Part shown: positions 37,814 to 48,857 of the stretch, one piece after another
Numbering within the stretch: the stretch's first letter is position 1
Layout of the letters: each line of letters opens with the position of its first letter
Assembly: GCA_010015805.1 (NCBI GenBank)
Contig: ML978127.1
Span: forward strand, 682,001 to 746,000
DNA length: 64,000 nucleotides
From: Rhizodiscina lignyota
Lineage: Eukaryota
Direction: 5' to 3'
Position numbers and translations under genes: made by a program
The notes under the pieces: model-generated
What the model was told of the DNA's origin: nothing
Seen by the model: only the letters and a program-made list of their open reading frames with translations
Database searches by the model: none

Positions 37814-38776
37814 ATGTTCTTCTCGTCAAAACCTCGTAACATCTTTGACCCTCCAACGCCATTCGAACGCATCGTCTCATCGCCATTGACTTTCCTCGTC
37901 ACATCCATATATGAATTGTTTCAATCTCTGAGGCCTGCTCCATCTCCGCATAGCCCTCCGATCCGCGTAGTATGTATATCGGACACGCATACTCTGACGT
38001 ATGATATCCCGAACGGAGACCTCCTGATACACGCTGGAGACTTGGCAAATGCTGGGACGACCTCGGAAATACAAAATCAACTTGACTGGCTCAGCTCACT
38101 ACCGCATCCCCAAAAGGTTGCAATTGCCGGGAACCATGATACGTATCTAGATCCGCGATCAAGGATGACTTTAGACGAGAAAGACCGAACGGACATTCTG
38201 GACTGGCATGGAATCATCTACTTGCAGCATAGCAGCATTACTTTGAACTTTCCAGAGCGCCAAAATCGCCAATTGAAGATCTATGGAGCACCACAGATTC
38301 CGAAGTGCGGCGGCAGCCAGTTCGCTTTCCAATACAATCGCGGCCAGGACGCATGGTCTGACACTGTTCCGCCGAATCTCGACATTCTGATCACGCATAC
38401 ACCCCCAAAATATCACTGCGATCTCGCCGCTGCCCTTGGATGCGAATGGTTGCTTAAAGAGGTGTGGCGCGTCAAGCCGAAGCTTCATGTATGCGGTCAT
38501 ATCCATGCTGGAGCTGGACGAGAAGTACTCTGGTGGGATCAGTCTCAAGGAGCATACGAAAGCCTCCGCGCAAGGAGCAAAAAGGGGCTGCTCTTGAGCA
38601 TGATTGATCCTGAATTTTGGCTCGAGGCTGCTGCACTACTCCTTCTGGGTCTTCGTGGCATTGTTTGGACGAGGATCTGGGGCGGAGAACAGCGTTCGAC
38701 GACACTGGTGAATGCAGCCCTGATGTACAACAATACGGGAAAACTTGGGAATCAAGTGCAAGTAGTTCTTATTTGA
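37814..38776 (+). CDS. Calcineurin-like metallophosphoesterase (MPPED/239FB type)
   Basis: VCISDTH, LIHAGDL, IAGNHD, ITHTPP, VCGHIH metal-binding motifs. Confidence 0.92.
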   Translation: MFFSSKPRNIFDPPTPFERIVSSPLTFLVTSIYELFQSLRPAPSPHSPPIRVVCISDTHTLTYDIPNGDLLIHAGDLANAGTTSEIQNQLDWLSSLPHPQKVAIAGNHDTYLDPRSRMTLDEKDRTDILDWHGIIYLQHSSITLNFPERQNRQLKIYGAPQIPKCGGSQFAFQYNRGQDAWSDTVPPNLDILITHTPPKYHCDLAAALGCEWLLKEVWRVKPKLHVCGHIHAGAGREVLWWDQSQGAYESLRARSKKGLLLSMIDPEFWLEAAALLLLGLRGIVWTRIWGGEQRSTTLVNAALMYNNTGKLGNQVQVVLI

Positions 38777-38843
38777 TGCTGCGTAGGCCCATACTGAGCG
38801 CTTCGCCGGTGCCGAGCCCGCTCGCGGCGCATCTGAACTGGTT

Positions 38844-39002
38844 CTATATGGTCGTGGAAGTATTACCAATATGCATCGATATCATAGTCCTCGAGAAAAC
38901 CGATCTTATATTCGAGGAAGCTTGAATCTTTGCTTCTTTATCTTCTCCAACAACTAGGACTACGTCGCCGGCCGAGTCGAGGTCATGTTGGATGACGTCC
39001 AT
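38844..39002 (-). pseudogene. Truncated BTB/POZ-domain gene fragment (52 codons)
   Basis: MDVIQHDLDSAGDVVLVVGEDKEAKIQASSNIRSVFSRTM resembles the N-terminal strands of fungal BTB domains, then stops. Confidence 0.4.
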
Positions 39003-39651
39003 TATGATGTGCAACCCTGAGTGTATTGGATCTCCCGTTCTCCAAGAGACTCCAATTGTAGAGCTGTCGCGGTTGCACTTTCTGCGCGCTCTTGGAGCAA
39101 TTGGTTCGATAAGGGCTGGCGGCTGGCGTTGTCCTGAACTCTTGGGTCTTGTGGGCCGGGCTCGCCCCAGAGACAGTTGCCCGATGGCTTATCTTGGCAC
39201 TGTCGAGTAGCGCGAACACTTTAGGAGTGGGTCATAGTATCGTGCTGAGGGAGCAGCCTATGACAAGACCATCAAAGTGTTGGACCTGCCAAAAGACTGG
39301 GAAGGCCTCACTGGGACTTGGATGGATTTCACAAGACGCGGTCCTTACTTTCGCTTGCGCTGCTAATATGAAGAGAAAGTTGCATTTGAATTCCATCCGC
39401 TGGACTGTGATCAGAACAGTCGACCAGTCTTGACTATTTTACATTAGAGCGCTGCTCCTAGCCGTGCAGAGACTTGCTAACAATGATACCTTGTTAGCCC
39501 CGAGGCGCTACCTCGCAGTATGATGGCGTGCTAAGGAGTACTATGCGTGCGGATGCATTATCATCCGCTCTCTCGCATGCTAGCGAGATATCTGGAACGT
39601 GGACCAGCCACAGTTGATTAATCGGCAATAGTTTTTTTCTCCCCTGTACTC

Positions 39652-40314
39652 CTATTTCCTGGTCACAGGATTTGACACCAGATCCCAAAGGTCTTCTATG
39701 TGCTCCACGGTGGACTTGCACAAAAGGTCGCTGGAAACATTGAAATGTTGATGACGCTGGTCATACGGTGTCAAGAAGTCATCCTCTTCACCATCGTCAT
39801 GCGCACTGCTATCGTCACTGTCGTATTCATCTTCCGAGGACCAAAACCCATCGCTGCTACTCGACTCTGATTGGTCGTCGAGGTCCGAGTCGTCGTCGGA
39901 GACTGAATACACCGTGACGTTCGGCTCTTTCCGAAGAGACGGCGGCGGCCTTTGTTCGTCTATGCGAAGGCTCTCCTCTACGAGCACTGATGTCAAGTTA
40001 AACGAGGCCATGTCGTCCTCATGTACTTCTGAGTTCCACGAGTCTGGGTCGTCGTATTCTTCCGATTCGACTGACTCTGCGTCGTCCTCATGCGCTTCTG
40101 ACTCGACCGAGTCTGTGTCGTTCTTGTGTACCTCAGGTAAGATTGCGTTTGACTGATAGAGGTTGGACATACGCTCACAAACAGTGTCGAGTGTGTTGCA
40201 AAGGAGAACTAGTCGTCTCAGACTAGCTATTTCTCCGTTTCCTTCGAAAGCAATTTTACTCCGAGTCTTGTGAGCAAGGTCAACCTCAAACTGTGTAATG
40301 GGAAGTTCAGCCAT
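39652..40314 (-). CDS. Acidic protein with an Ecm13/YJR115W-like N-terminal motif
   Basis: LAHKTRSKI...SLRRLVLLCNTLD resembles the recalled LA.xARxKL...LRxLVxHANxLD motif; D/E/S-rich tail; TATA-like element upstream. Confidence 0.6.
   Translation of the reverse strand: MAELPITQFEVDLAHKTRSKIAFEGNGEIASLRRLVLLCNTLDTVCERMSNLYQSNAILPEVHKNDTDSVESEAHEDDAESVESEEYDDPDSWNSEVHEDDMASFNLTSVLVEESLRIDEQRPPPSLRKEPNVTVYSVSDDDSDLDDQSESSSSDGFWSSEDEYDSDDSSAHDDGEEDDFLTPYDQRHQHFNVSSDLLCKSTVEHIEDLWDLVSNPVTRK
40010..40134 (-). repeat. Degenerate ~33-36 nt coding tandem repeat, ~4 copies
   Basis: EVHKNDTDSVES / EAHEDDAESVES / EEYDDPDSWNS / EVHEDDMAS. Confidence 0.7.
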
Positions 40315-42628
40315 AGCTTTGAGAAGAAGGCACTGGAAGCGCGTGAGAAAGGGCCGGTAAGAGAAGAACAGTGAATCGGCTCGAACGCGCTACTCTATGT
40401 AGCGTGTCGAGTGGATTTGCCACAACTTTGAATGTACCGAACGCATCATGGCAGATTACAGTAATCAGGAATTGAAGTGGAGAATTAATTCAATCATGCC
40501 ATGGAACGATTGTCGAGCTCGCAGCCAGGGTATGTTTCTATATGCAAAGTCCCAGTGGTGTGAGAAATATGTGGGGCGCTGGGGTTGTCTCCGGAAGCCA
40601 CTCCGGCAAACGGCATCTACATGCTTCTCTCATGGCCTGATTCTCTCGCATGAACAGCAGATGGAAAACTTTCTTGGGCGAAGCGAAAGGCTTTCGCGAT
40701 AGTAGATGTCCACACGCGTCGACCTTCCTTCCACAGGCTTTGTCAGGCACTTTCAACCCCCTGGCAGCCTGGCTGTTCTGGGGTTGAGCGGACGCAGCCA
40801 TTCGGACAGCTGCAGATTCGCACAATGCCGTTGATTTCCATTGATACTTAGTTTCATGGGGAGTGGTTGGTTTCGCCAGTTTGACGTGATTGTGCAGAAC
40901 TATGATAATCTGGTCGCAACCTCACTGAAATCGTCAACAGTCTTCCCAGAGATTCAACGAACAACGCACATAGTCTATATTATTTAGTACTTTTGGAAAG
41001 GTGCAATTAAGTACCCCGAGTAAAGTCGGTCCTGCTCGCTGTAATCGGTATGTCAGCATTTCGAAGGGAGTTTTCAATAAGGGCGTTCAGTTTTTAACAT
41101 CTCGAAAAGCAAAGCCATACGAAGATCAAGATGTCAGGTCCGCAAAGCAATCCTCCCGTCGTCAGCGCGGCACCTCACCAAGATGCAGATTCTTCCTCAC
41201 ACTCCGATTTGGTGGCCATGACAATATTGCTCCCTGTGTGCTTAGGGGGCGTTATTCTGATCTACCTTTTGCTGTAGGTCTATTCCCTCGAAGCAGTTCT
41301 CCGCTGAGAAGGGACGGCCGATATATTCAAGCTTATTATAGCATCTGATATTCGGTAGTGCTTGTGTCGGACCAGGATGCTCACGAAAACGGCGTGTCGC
41401 GGTGATTGAAAACATGAGGGCACGTCGTTTGGAACAACTTGAACATGCGGCGAAGAAGCAAATGTTTCATGACTGGTGGAGTTCAGAGCATACAACACAT
41501 GAAAATTGTGTGGACGATCATTCAATTTGGTTTGTACCCGGTAGTGATACTCCATCGGCGCTTGTCTTTGCCACTCTCCAAGTGTCTAGTATGCTGACGA
41601 GCTGCTCGCTGTAGCACAATCTGTCTGGAGGAAATCGCAGACACAGAGCAAGTCCGAGGTCTCCGATGCCTCCACGTATTCCATCAACAATGCCTGGACG
41701 AGTGGTTTGAGAGGGGTCATGGATTTTGTCCACTGTGTAACCGGCTTATTGTGCCACCAGAAGCGTGTGGGAAAGGGAATAATGGGACGCAGGAGGACGC
41801 GAGCATTTTGGTATGAGGGGAAGCGCGGTGGCCGGTTCTGCTACGATAGCTGTATGGAATAAATTATCATGCTTGAATTTGTGTTGCAACCAAAATGGAC
41901 GGAATACGACTGTTGAATTCGACCAAACCGAGAGGAGAGAACTTCAGGAGCTGTCAGGGGTAAGTGACCGGGGATATACCGGAAATCGGTTAAATGTCGG
42001 GGTCGGCTTTGTTTCCCAATAATCACACCATCTTCCGCGGACGCGACACTTGTCAGGGAGCAACCTTCAGACCTGGTACGATCCGTTCTTCCTGGAGCGA
42101 CATCGCTTTTATTCACGTCCAGCCTGGCTCTCGTGCGAGAATCATGCTCTACGGCCCGAATGAGATGCTGTGTCGAGTCGAACAGCGCCGAGGTCCCTCA
42201 GTGTCCACCACGATCGATTTACTCCAGGAGGCCAGCAATTGACATTCAATTTCCATCTTCATATGTTGAGGACTCGCTCTAAAGGCTTGCCACGCAAGTA
42301 AGCGTGGTTCCCCGCATGTTTCAATTTTCCGACCCTCCATGGAATGTTTCCCCTCCATCTGCACTCGTAGCTTCGTGTAGAGTTGATGTTAATATCTCCT
42401 GATGGCGGGTATGACCGGCACTGCAGGTGGCTGCAGCTCGATTACAGAGCTCATGTGTTGATCTGGTCGCGCTATGAAGCGCTCCACTGCATCTACAACC
42501 TAGCATGGATGCATAAATACAATATCTACACTATGGCACCCATTTCTTCTTCTTCTTAAACCCATTACATACAAAAAGCCATCCCACTAAATCACATACA
42601 TACATACATACGTGATATCTCATCTGAT

Positions 42629-43270
42629 ATGGCATCCGATACTATTTTCCACGTCCTTCGTACGAGGACAGAATTGAAAGATCCCGCTGGTTACAAAGAG
42701 ATTGTGGATGTTTTCGGGACATACACTGAACTTCAAGCGGCGAAGAAAGCGGCTCGCGAAGTTTTACTCAATGAAGGCTACGAGAAGGAATGGTTTTCCG
42801 TGTACGATTTAAAAGGCGACGGGCTAGACGACACATGGAAGCACGGTGATGGGATGATTGTTTATGCAGTGGCACCCGAAGTTGGAGCATCAGAAAAAGA
42901 GGGCCAAGAGCTCTTCAAAGTTTTCATCGAGACGGAGCAAAATCAACTCGGACTCTCGGGAAACGAACAAGGACTTGTCCAAGAGTCGCTCTACTACGTT
43001 CTTCAGACCACAATTCACTACGACTTGGATCGCTCTGGAGCGAAGCGCGAAACAACAGTGGAAGGGACGTATCGACGTTGTACCGAGGCGAAAGAGAAAG
43101 CAACTTCCGTCTTACTCGATTGCGGAATGTCCAAACGAGACTTTGTGGAATATGAGGAGAACGATGGATCATCCAACTGGCCTTATGGACAAGACATAAT
43201 TGTAAGAGCAGTAGCTGAAGGAGGTGAGAACTATCTGGTTATTGTCGTTAAAGGCAAGGTCGGGGGTTGA
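42629..43270 (+). CDS. Hypothetical protein made of two homologous ~100-aa repeats
   Basis: Intronless 213-aa ORF whose halves align (HVLRT/YVLQT, GTY/GTY, VLL.G/VLL.CG, W.HGDG/WPYGQD, YAVA/RAVA); CATAAATA element and (CATA)n in the leader. Confidence 0.8.
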   Translation: MASDTIFHVLRTRTELKDPAGYKEIVDVFGTYTELQAAKKAAREVLLNEGYEKEWFSVYDLKGDGLDDTWKHGDGMIVYAVAPEVGASEKEGQELFKVFIETEQNQLGLSGNEQGLVQESLYYVLQTTIHYDLDRSGAKRETTVEGTYRRCTEAKEKATSVLLDCGMSKRDFVEYEENDGSSNWPYGQDIIVRAVAEGGENYLVIVVKGKVGG

Positions 43271-43842
43271 TGAGCTCGTTATTATCTTGTAACTTTAACA
43301 TTCATGTATAATGCATGCTCCATATGTCTATGGAACAAAATAATATGTATTTTAATCCAAAAGTAAATTAATTCAGACTCTAGTACATAACCGCCACTTC
43401 GTTTCCCAAAGTTCATGGCCGAGACCGAGCAAGAGATACTTGGCGCCAAGAGCGGTGGGTGGTGTGAGATTGTCGATCTCAGATCTCCTGATCCAATTAT
43501 TGCCGCGAGTACACACCGTGCCTTTTTCAACACCTGCTCGAGTCAAGATTGATCAGAAGATTGAATCATCTCTTCCGGTTACGTGTGAGATCTAGTATCT
43601 TCTAGACGAAGAATCTGCTTTGGCGAGCACCGAATTGGTCACGCCTCTGTCACGTCCGTGCCTCAACTTTCAACTTTCCTTCGCTTCCAACGTGCTTGGC
43701 ACTTGGCAATCTCTAGTGATAATTGCGAGTTGAAGTACAAAATGGGCAGACTTGTCGCAGAATTAATGACTGCCTCAAGCAATTCCCCATATTTTAAATC
43801 GCCAGCAAGAAACGCAAACGAACCACCACCGTGGTCTTGACA

Positions 43843-44492
43843 ATGGCATACGTATATCCGCAAGCCTATCTTTGGCAACCTCCCCAGCCGTACAATACCA
43901 CACACCTCAACCAGAGCTTCCCGGAGCATCACTACCCGCTCGAGGATGCGCGTCACAGAATTGGACACGCATTCGACTTTTTCCACGACGACAATATCTC
44001 GTCGCCGCACTGTACGACATCCTGTGCTGCAATTTGCAAACATGAGGAGCTTTACTAATTCGAAATTTAGCCGACATACGGGAGACAATTCACAACTACT
44101 ACATCGATGTCGATCTTCCTGGTATCGGACGAGACGACCTCAAGATGAAGTGGAGCAACGAACGCACCCTCCTTTTGGAAGCAACAAAAGCTCGGAGCGA
44201 TATCTCGGAGGCGGTTGAACCCCCTCTTGAACAGCTTCCCAGCGCCACTCCCAGTGCCACTGCGTCAAAATCTGATACTGGGAAGCCTGCGAAAGGAGCG
44301 CTGCAGCATCCGGTTCATCAACTTACCAAAGAAAGATTCGTCGGAAACCTCGTCAGGGCGTTCAATTTCCCTGTGGATGTCGATCGCGAGACCATGACCG
44401 CAAAGCTCCAGCATGGGTTGCTGGCCATTGTGGTCCCGAAGGTAGAAGAGCATAAGATTGAGCCTACTCCGGTGAAGGTGGAAGCCCTTTGA
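43843..44492 (+). CDS. Small heat-shock protein (Hsp20/Hsp30, alpha-crystallin domain); intron 44012-44070
   Basis: DIRETIHNYYIDVDLPGI...ERFVGNLVRAFNFPVDVD...AKLQHGLLAIVVPK and C-terminal VKV (IXI/V) motif. Confidence 0.92.
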
Positions 44493-44844
44493 GTAGTGTT
44501 TTCTTTTGGTCAGGTCTGAGCCTCTTTTGTTTTTTTGGGATATGATAATTATGTGACGGCGTCAATACCTAGCTGGAGCCAGAAATAGAAGGACAAAGAA
44601 ATTGTAGTGATCTATCCAATGCACTCACATCTTAAATTTCAAGGAAGAAATACTCATACAAGTATGACAGAAGAAGGCAGCCCCAGTTGCAAACGGTTGA
44701 GAGCGTCCATTCATCCAGACTTGTGGACACTTCACTTTCGAGAACTCGCTGAAGCTATCAAAACGCCAACAGCGCCAAAAACGCTACAACATCAATCAAG
44801 CGGCGATGACCTTTCCCGTTACCAAAAATGAGGAGAACCGTCGA

Positions 44845-45369
44845 CTAGAAATGTTCGTTAAATATCTTCTCCAATTTGCGCCGAACCTCACTATAATCCT
44901 CTCCTTCTTTAGCAATGTCCCCTGCTTTTTCTGGCACAAGCACCGGGGTATGGCTCGTTGAGTTTGCTGAACTGTGGAATCCCCAGGCGTCTCTCACACC
45001 GGCAGCTTCGTCCATAAGCATAGAGCGGTCGCAGTACCAAAGATGCTTTTGGTCTTCCGCGTTGTAGGGGTGTGCGGGCTTTGATTGGCTCTGTGGAATG
45101 TCGCCTTCCTGTGGCTTGTCCACAGGATCCACCTTAAATGTCGGTAGTCCGGTGTAGCTTGTGCTTGCCGGTGCATCCGACTTCGCCTGCTGGACATCTC
45201 GCTCTGCATTTCCAGTAGCCAGATGAGCATTCTCTGCTTTTGCAGCTGTTGTGCGTTCAGGCGGCTGGAGAGCAGCTTTCTTGGGATGATAGTCGTATGG
45301 AGATTCGCTTCGAGGACTTTTCACAGTCTCATCGCGGCCGGTGAGTGACTTTAGTGGCAAGCGACTCAT
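44845..45369 (-). CDS. Hydrophilic hypothetical protein (174 aa)
   Basis: ATG in good context, C/A-rich leader, TATAAG ~100 bp upstream; no recognisable domain. Confidence 0.6.
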   Translation of the reverse strand: MSRLPLKSLTGRDETVKSPRSESPYDYHPKKAALQPPERTTAAKAENAHLATGNAERDVQQAKSDAPASTSYTGLPTFKVDPVDKPQEGDIPQSQSKPAHPYNAEDQKHLWYCDRSMLMDEAAGVRDAWGFHSSANSTSHTPVLVPEKAGDIAKEGEDYSEVRRKLEKIFNEHF

Positions 45370-45767
45370 GACTGCTGGTTTCGGATGAAATACTCAAGGT
45401 TGATTTTGACTGAGATTTGATATGTTGATTGTGGTTGGTTGTCTGCAGTTGCCGGAGTCCTTCGATAACTTATAGCTGTACGAGCCCTTGTCCATGGCTA
45501 TTACCAAATCATTTACGACGCTCCTTGATACAGCCGAATGTGGTCCGATCTTACGACTCAGGCAAGGGACTAGCTTGACAGAAGAAGCCTTGTTGATGTG
45601 TAGTGTGAAGGTGATATCTCCTGATCAACTTCCGGCTTATATCCACAGCCCCGCAAAACAGATATCCGGATGTGGTTGTTCGCTTCCAGAGGAGCCTAGA
45701 AAGTGCGGATTTGGTGCGGGTCCACTACTGCAAGCTAACCAGAATAGTTGCATACTCGGATGTCGGT

Positions 45768-45785
45768 TTCTGGAACCTTCAGGGG
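45768..45785. promoter_or_regulatory. Perfect three-unit heat-shock element abutting an STRE
   Basis: TTCtgGAAccTTC (45768-45780) immediately followed by AGGGG (45781-45785). Confidence 0.5.
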
Positions 45786-45994
45786 CCTTTATTAGGTCAT
45801 ACATGACCACTTGATCAGTTGCTGTTTGAGATTATGCAAATCTCGTGTCTGTTCTGCCGATACTATCCGGAACTTGATGTTTTCTATTCTCTCATGCCAA
45901 TGTTTCATGAGCAAAGCTTTAAGCAAGCGTGATATCGTATCATGGGGGCAACTCCAACCGGAAGCACTCCACATGACGGCGCTACGCAGTCCAT

Positions 45995-46769
45995 TCAATT
46001 CAAGAACATTCTGCTGTTGATTGCTTTGTTATCCTTGACTCCAAATGCCTTTTTCTTACCAAAGATCGACTTGCTCTGGAAGATAATCCGGCACCTTCGG
46101 ATATGATTTCCGATGGCTTTCCTCTCCCGAATGGCAGGCCTCACTCTGCACCTCCGGGCACCAGCAGTGACACTCATGTTGCTGCCCTCTGCATTTGGGA
46201 CACATTTTTGCTGCGGCGGGGTGGCTTGAACTCGGAAGACCAACGGAAGCGTCCAGAACACATCCGTTTCCTGCATGGTCCATCGTGGGCGTCCCTGCAT
46301 TGCCTTGCCCATCGTCAGGAGCACTTGAACGTCCTCGGATGATGGTATGCTGCCACATACCCTGAATGGGTTCCTTTTCACTTTCTTCAACCTCTTGGCT
46401 TAGCTCTTCATTCCCTCCAGCACTGCTCCCGCCGTCCTTGCTCCTACGTTCGTTCGCCCCTCTTTCAAAAGCTTCGTCCAGTAGGGGAACGATTTGGAAC
46501 GGTTCGACCTGTGGATCCCTTTCGAGTCCATTTGCATGTTGTTTGAGTTCAGGATAGGCGTCTTTGAGTGACCGGGCACACTGTGCGTCGATATAGGCTA
46601 GTTGATCTTGCTCGGCTTGAAGCACAATCTCTTCTGCCGAAGTGTCACAATACAAAGAATCGTCGCAGGATAAGTCATTGCATTCACTGTGACACTCCGG
46701 CTTTCCCTTAGAGATCGGATCCCGGCTACGAGTATAGTGGGATACTTCTGCGCTTGGAACTTGTGCCAT
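45995..46769 (-). CDS. Hypothetical protein with Cys-rich patches (probable terminal intron ~46014-46060)
   Basis: 237-codon ORF with CHSECNDLSC and CPKCRGQQHECHCWC; the stop lies inside a GTAAG donor, suggesting a short last exon. Confidence 0.5.
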
Positions 46770-47457
46770 TAGAGTCGAAATTTTGCGGTATTCTTCTCGG
46801 AATGGTTAATTTTGCGGCTATGCCAGGAAATGAAATGACTTGAGAATAGAGAATTATGGCATAATTATACATTGACGAGTGTGAATATGAATCGGAAGGT
46901 GGCATGACTTAGAATTGCGAACTTGTCGAAAATAACCCTGTAGCCAGTCTAGGCTCACTCGATGGTGGAGAGAGACATTAACTCAGTAAGCCTCTAATAA
47001 AAATCTCGCCACCTTCCATATAGTAGTAGCTGGACTGGTCTAGCTTAGCTGCTGTTGCTATTCGTTAGAGTTGAGCGGCTGGGGCAGTACGACAAGTCGT
47101 CCACGGTTTCCCTTGCATTTGAGCGAAAAAGATTGGCTTCTCTTAAGAGTGGTACAGACAACATGGCCTGCAACTATCCCTTTCTGATAGTTGCGTCGCT
47201 ATTCACCTTGAAGTTCGAATGTTGAGGGATGCCGCAGAGTATGAAAGAATCCCTGTTCGGCATTTTGAAGGCAACCTCGGCAATTTCTTCAACGATAATT
47301 ACGATAGACGCGACGACAGGACCAACGTCTACGCTCATACCTTGATCGCTCTCGAATTATGTTTTCACAGAGTAGAAGATAACCCCATTCTCTCATTTTG
47401 ATCGAGTGCCACCCCGACTCAGACCGTCTGACGTGGGCGGGATTCTAACATAGCACG

Positions 47458-48609
47458 ATGGAGGAGCCACTCACATTCGAGAAGAGCTTGGAGTTGAAGC
47501 AGATATCTACTGTTCGTTTCGTCCATCCCGTGCAACGGGTTCTACAATCCTATTCTTATTGATCGAATGACTTCTTGTGGCAGGATGTTTTCCAAAACGT
47601 TCATCGACCATGGGTCTGGCCCCATTCAGGTGTTGTCCCAGGAGGATTCTTGATGTCCATGGCTGCGGCTGCGTCGTATCGCACAATTCCAGAGGGTCTC
47701 GTTCTCGGCAGCTTGCAGGCACACTTCTTGCTTGGATCTAAACCGGAAGTTCCTTTCATATACAAGGTCCAGCGATTGAGCAGTGGCAGGAGATTGTCAG
47801 TCCGTTTAGTAAATGTTGAGCACGGCGGCAAAGTAATTGCGACAATGACTTTGATGTTCGTCCGAAAGGCACTGGCGGATGGTCCAGCGATGAAGCATGC
47901 GGTGAGCCGCAGCTCAGTGCAGGACATGGAAGATGTCACGAAGGACGATCTCGTGCCAAAGAGCCGTTGGGGTCCCTGGATGAAGTTCCAAAGATTGACG
48001 CCGGAGCCGGAAGGTTGGTTCCGTTCCGTGTGTGGAGTTGCAATTGCTTCACCACATGCTTTGAGAGCTGTTCTTCTTGAGTATCTCTAATTCTCACAGA
48101 TGCTGTACCGCCTCAGCCTAAAATTGCTCCTGCGGTAGCAAAGATCTGGTCGCCCATCAGCACCCCGCCAGGGACGATACCACAAATCCTCGGCCTTATT
48201 AATCTTACCGACTATCACATTCTCGATGCCCCTCTGACTCTCCACGGCATCTCCTATGGCCTTCCGGACATTGGATCTCCTGCCGAGGAGCGCTCACCGG
48301 GCAATCGGAAGACTACAAAGAACAATGTCAAGATGAACACCTCGCTAAATCACGCCATCCATTTTCATATTCATGACGGATTCCGTGCGGATGACCTCAC
48401 TTACATCGAGGTGGAGAGTCCTTGGGCAAGAGATGGCAGAGCGATGTTACGTTCGAAGATTTTCAGTAAAGATGGCCTGCTCATTGCTACTTGCGAACAG
48501 GAGGTATGTTTCTACTGCCGTCTTAAAAAGTGAACATTTTGGCTGATGTATGCAGGGTTTCTACATGCTCACAGATGATGCCAAGTCGAGCGTCGGAAGT
48601 AAGCTATAG
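47458..48609 (+). CDS. Peroxisomal acyl-CoA thioesterase II (TesB/Tes1 family), 4 exons
   Basis: Double hot-dog motifs PGGFLMS, SLQAHFL, VQRLSSGRRLSVRLV, LTDY, SLNHAIHFH, IFSKDGLLIATCEQEG; last exon ends VGSKL* (PTS1). Confidence 0.88.
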
Positions 48610-48857
48610 ATTCAAGCGGCGTGCTTAGAGCGAGCTCGAATCACAGACTCTTTAACCACAATAATGAAGAGTTCCATTCGATCAAGTAAACCTGTTGGCA
48701 TTTCCCCTCCAATTGCAATACATGGGCTAATCTGGCGCTCCGTCTCTGCCAAACCCCTCATTCTCCAAACACCCCCATCAAACGACACAGCCCCCCTCAC
48801 AATGACCATTAAATTATTCCAACCTCCCACCAAAACTCCCACAATCCTTCGCCAGCC

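Noticed and set aside
42594..42611. (CATA)n microsatellite
   Set aside because: Only 4-5 units; common in fungal 5' leaders
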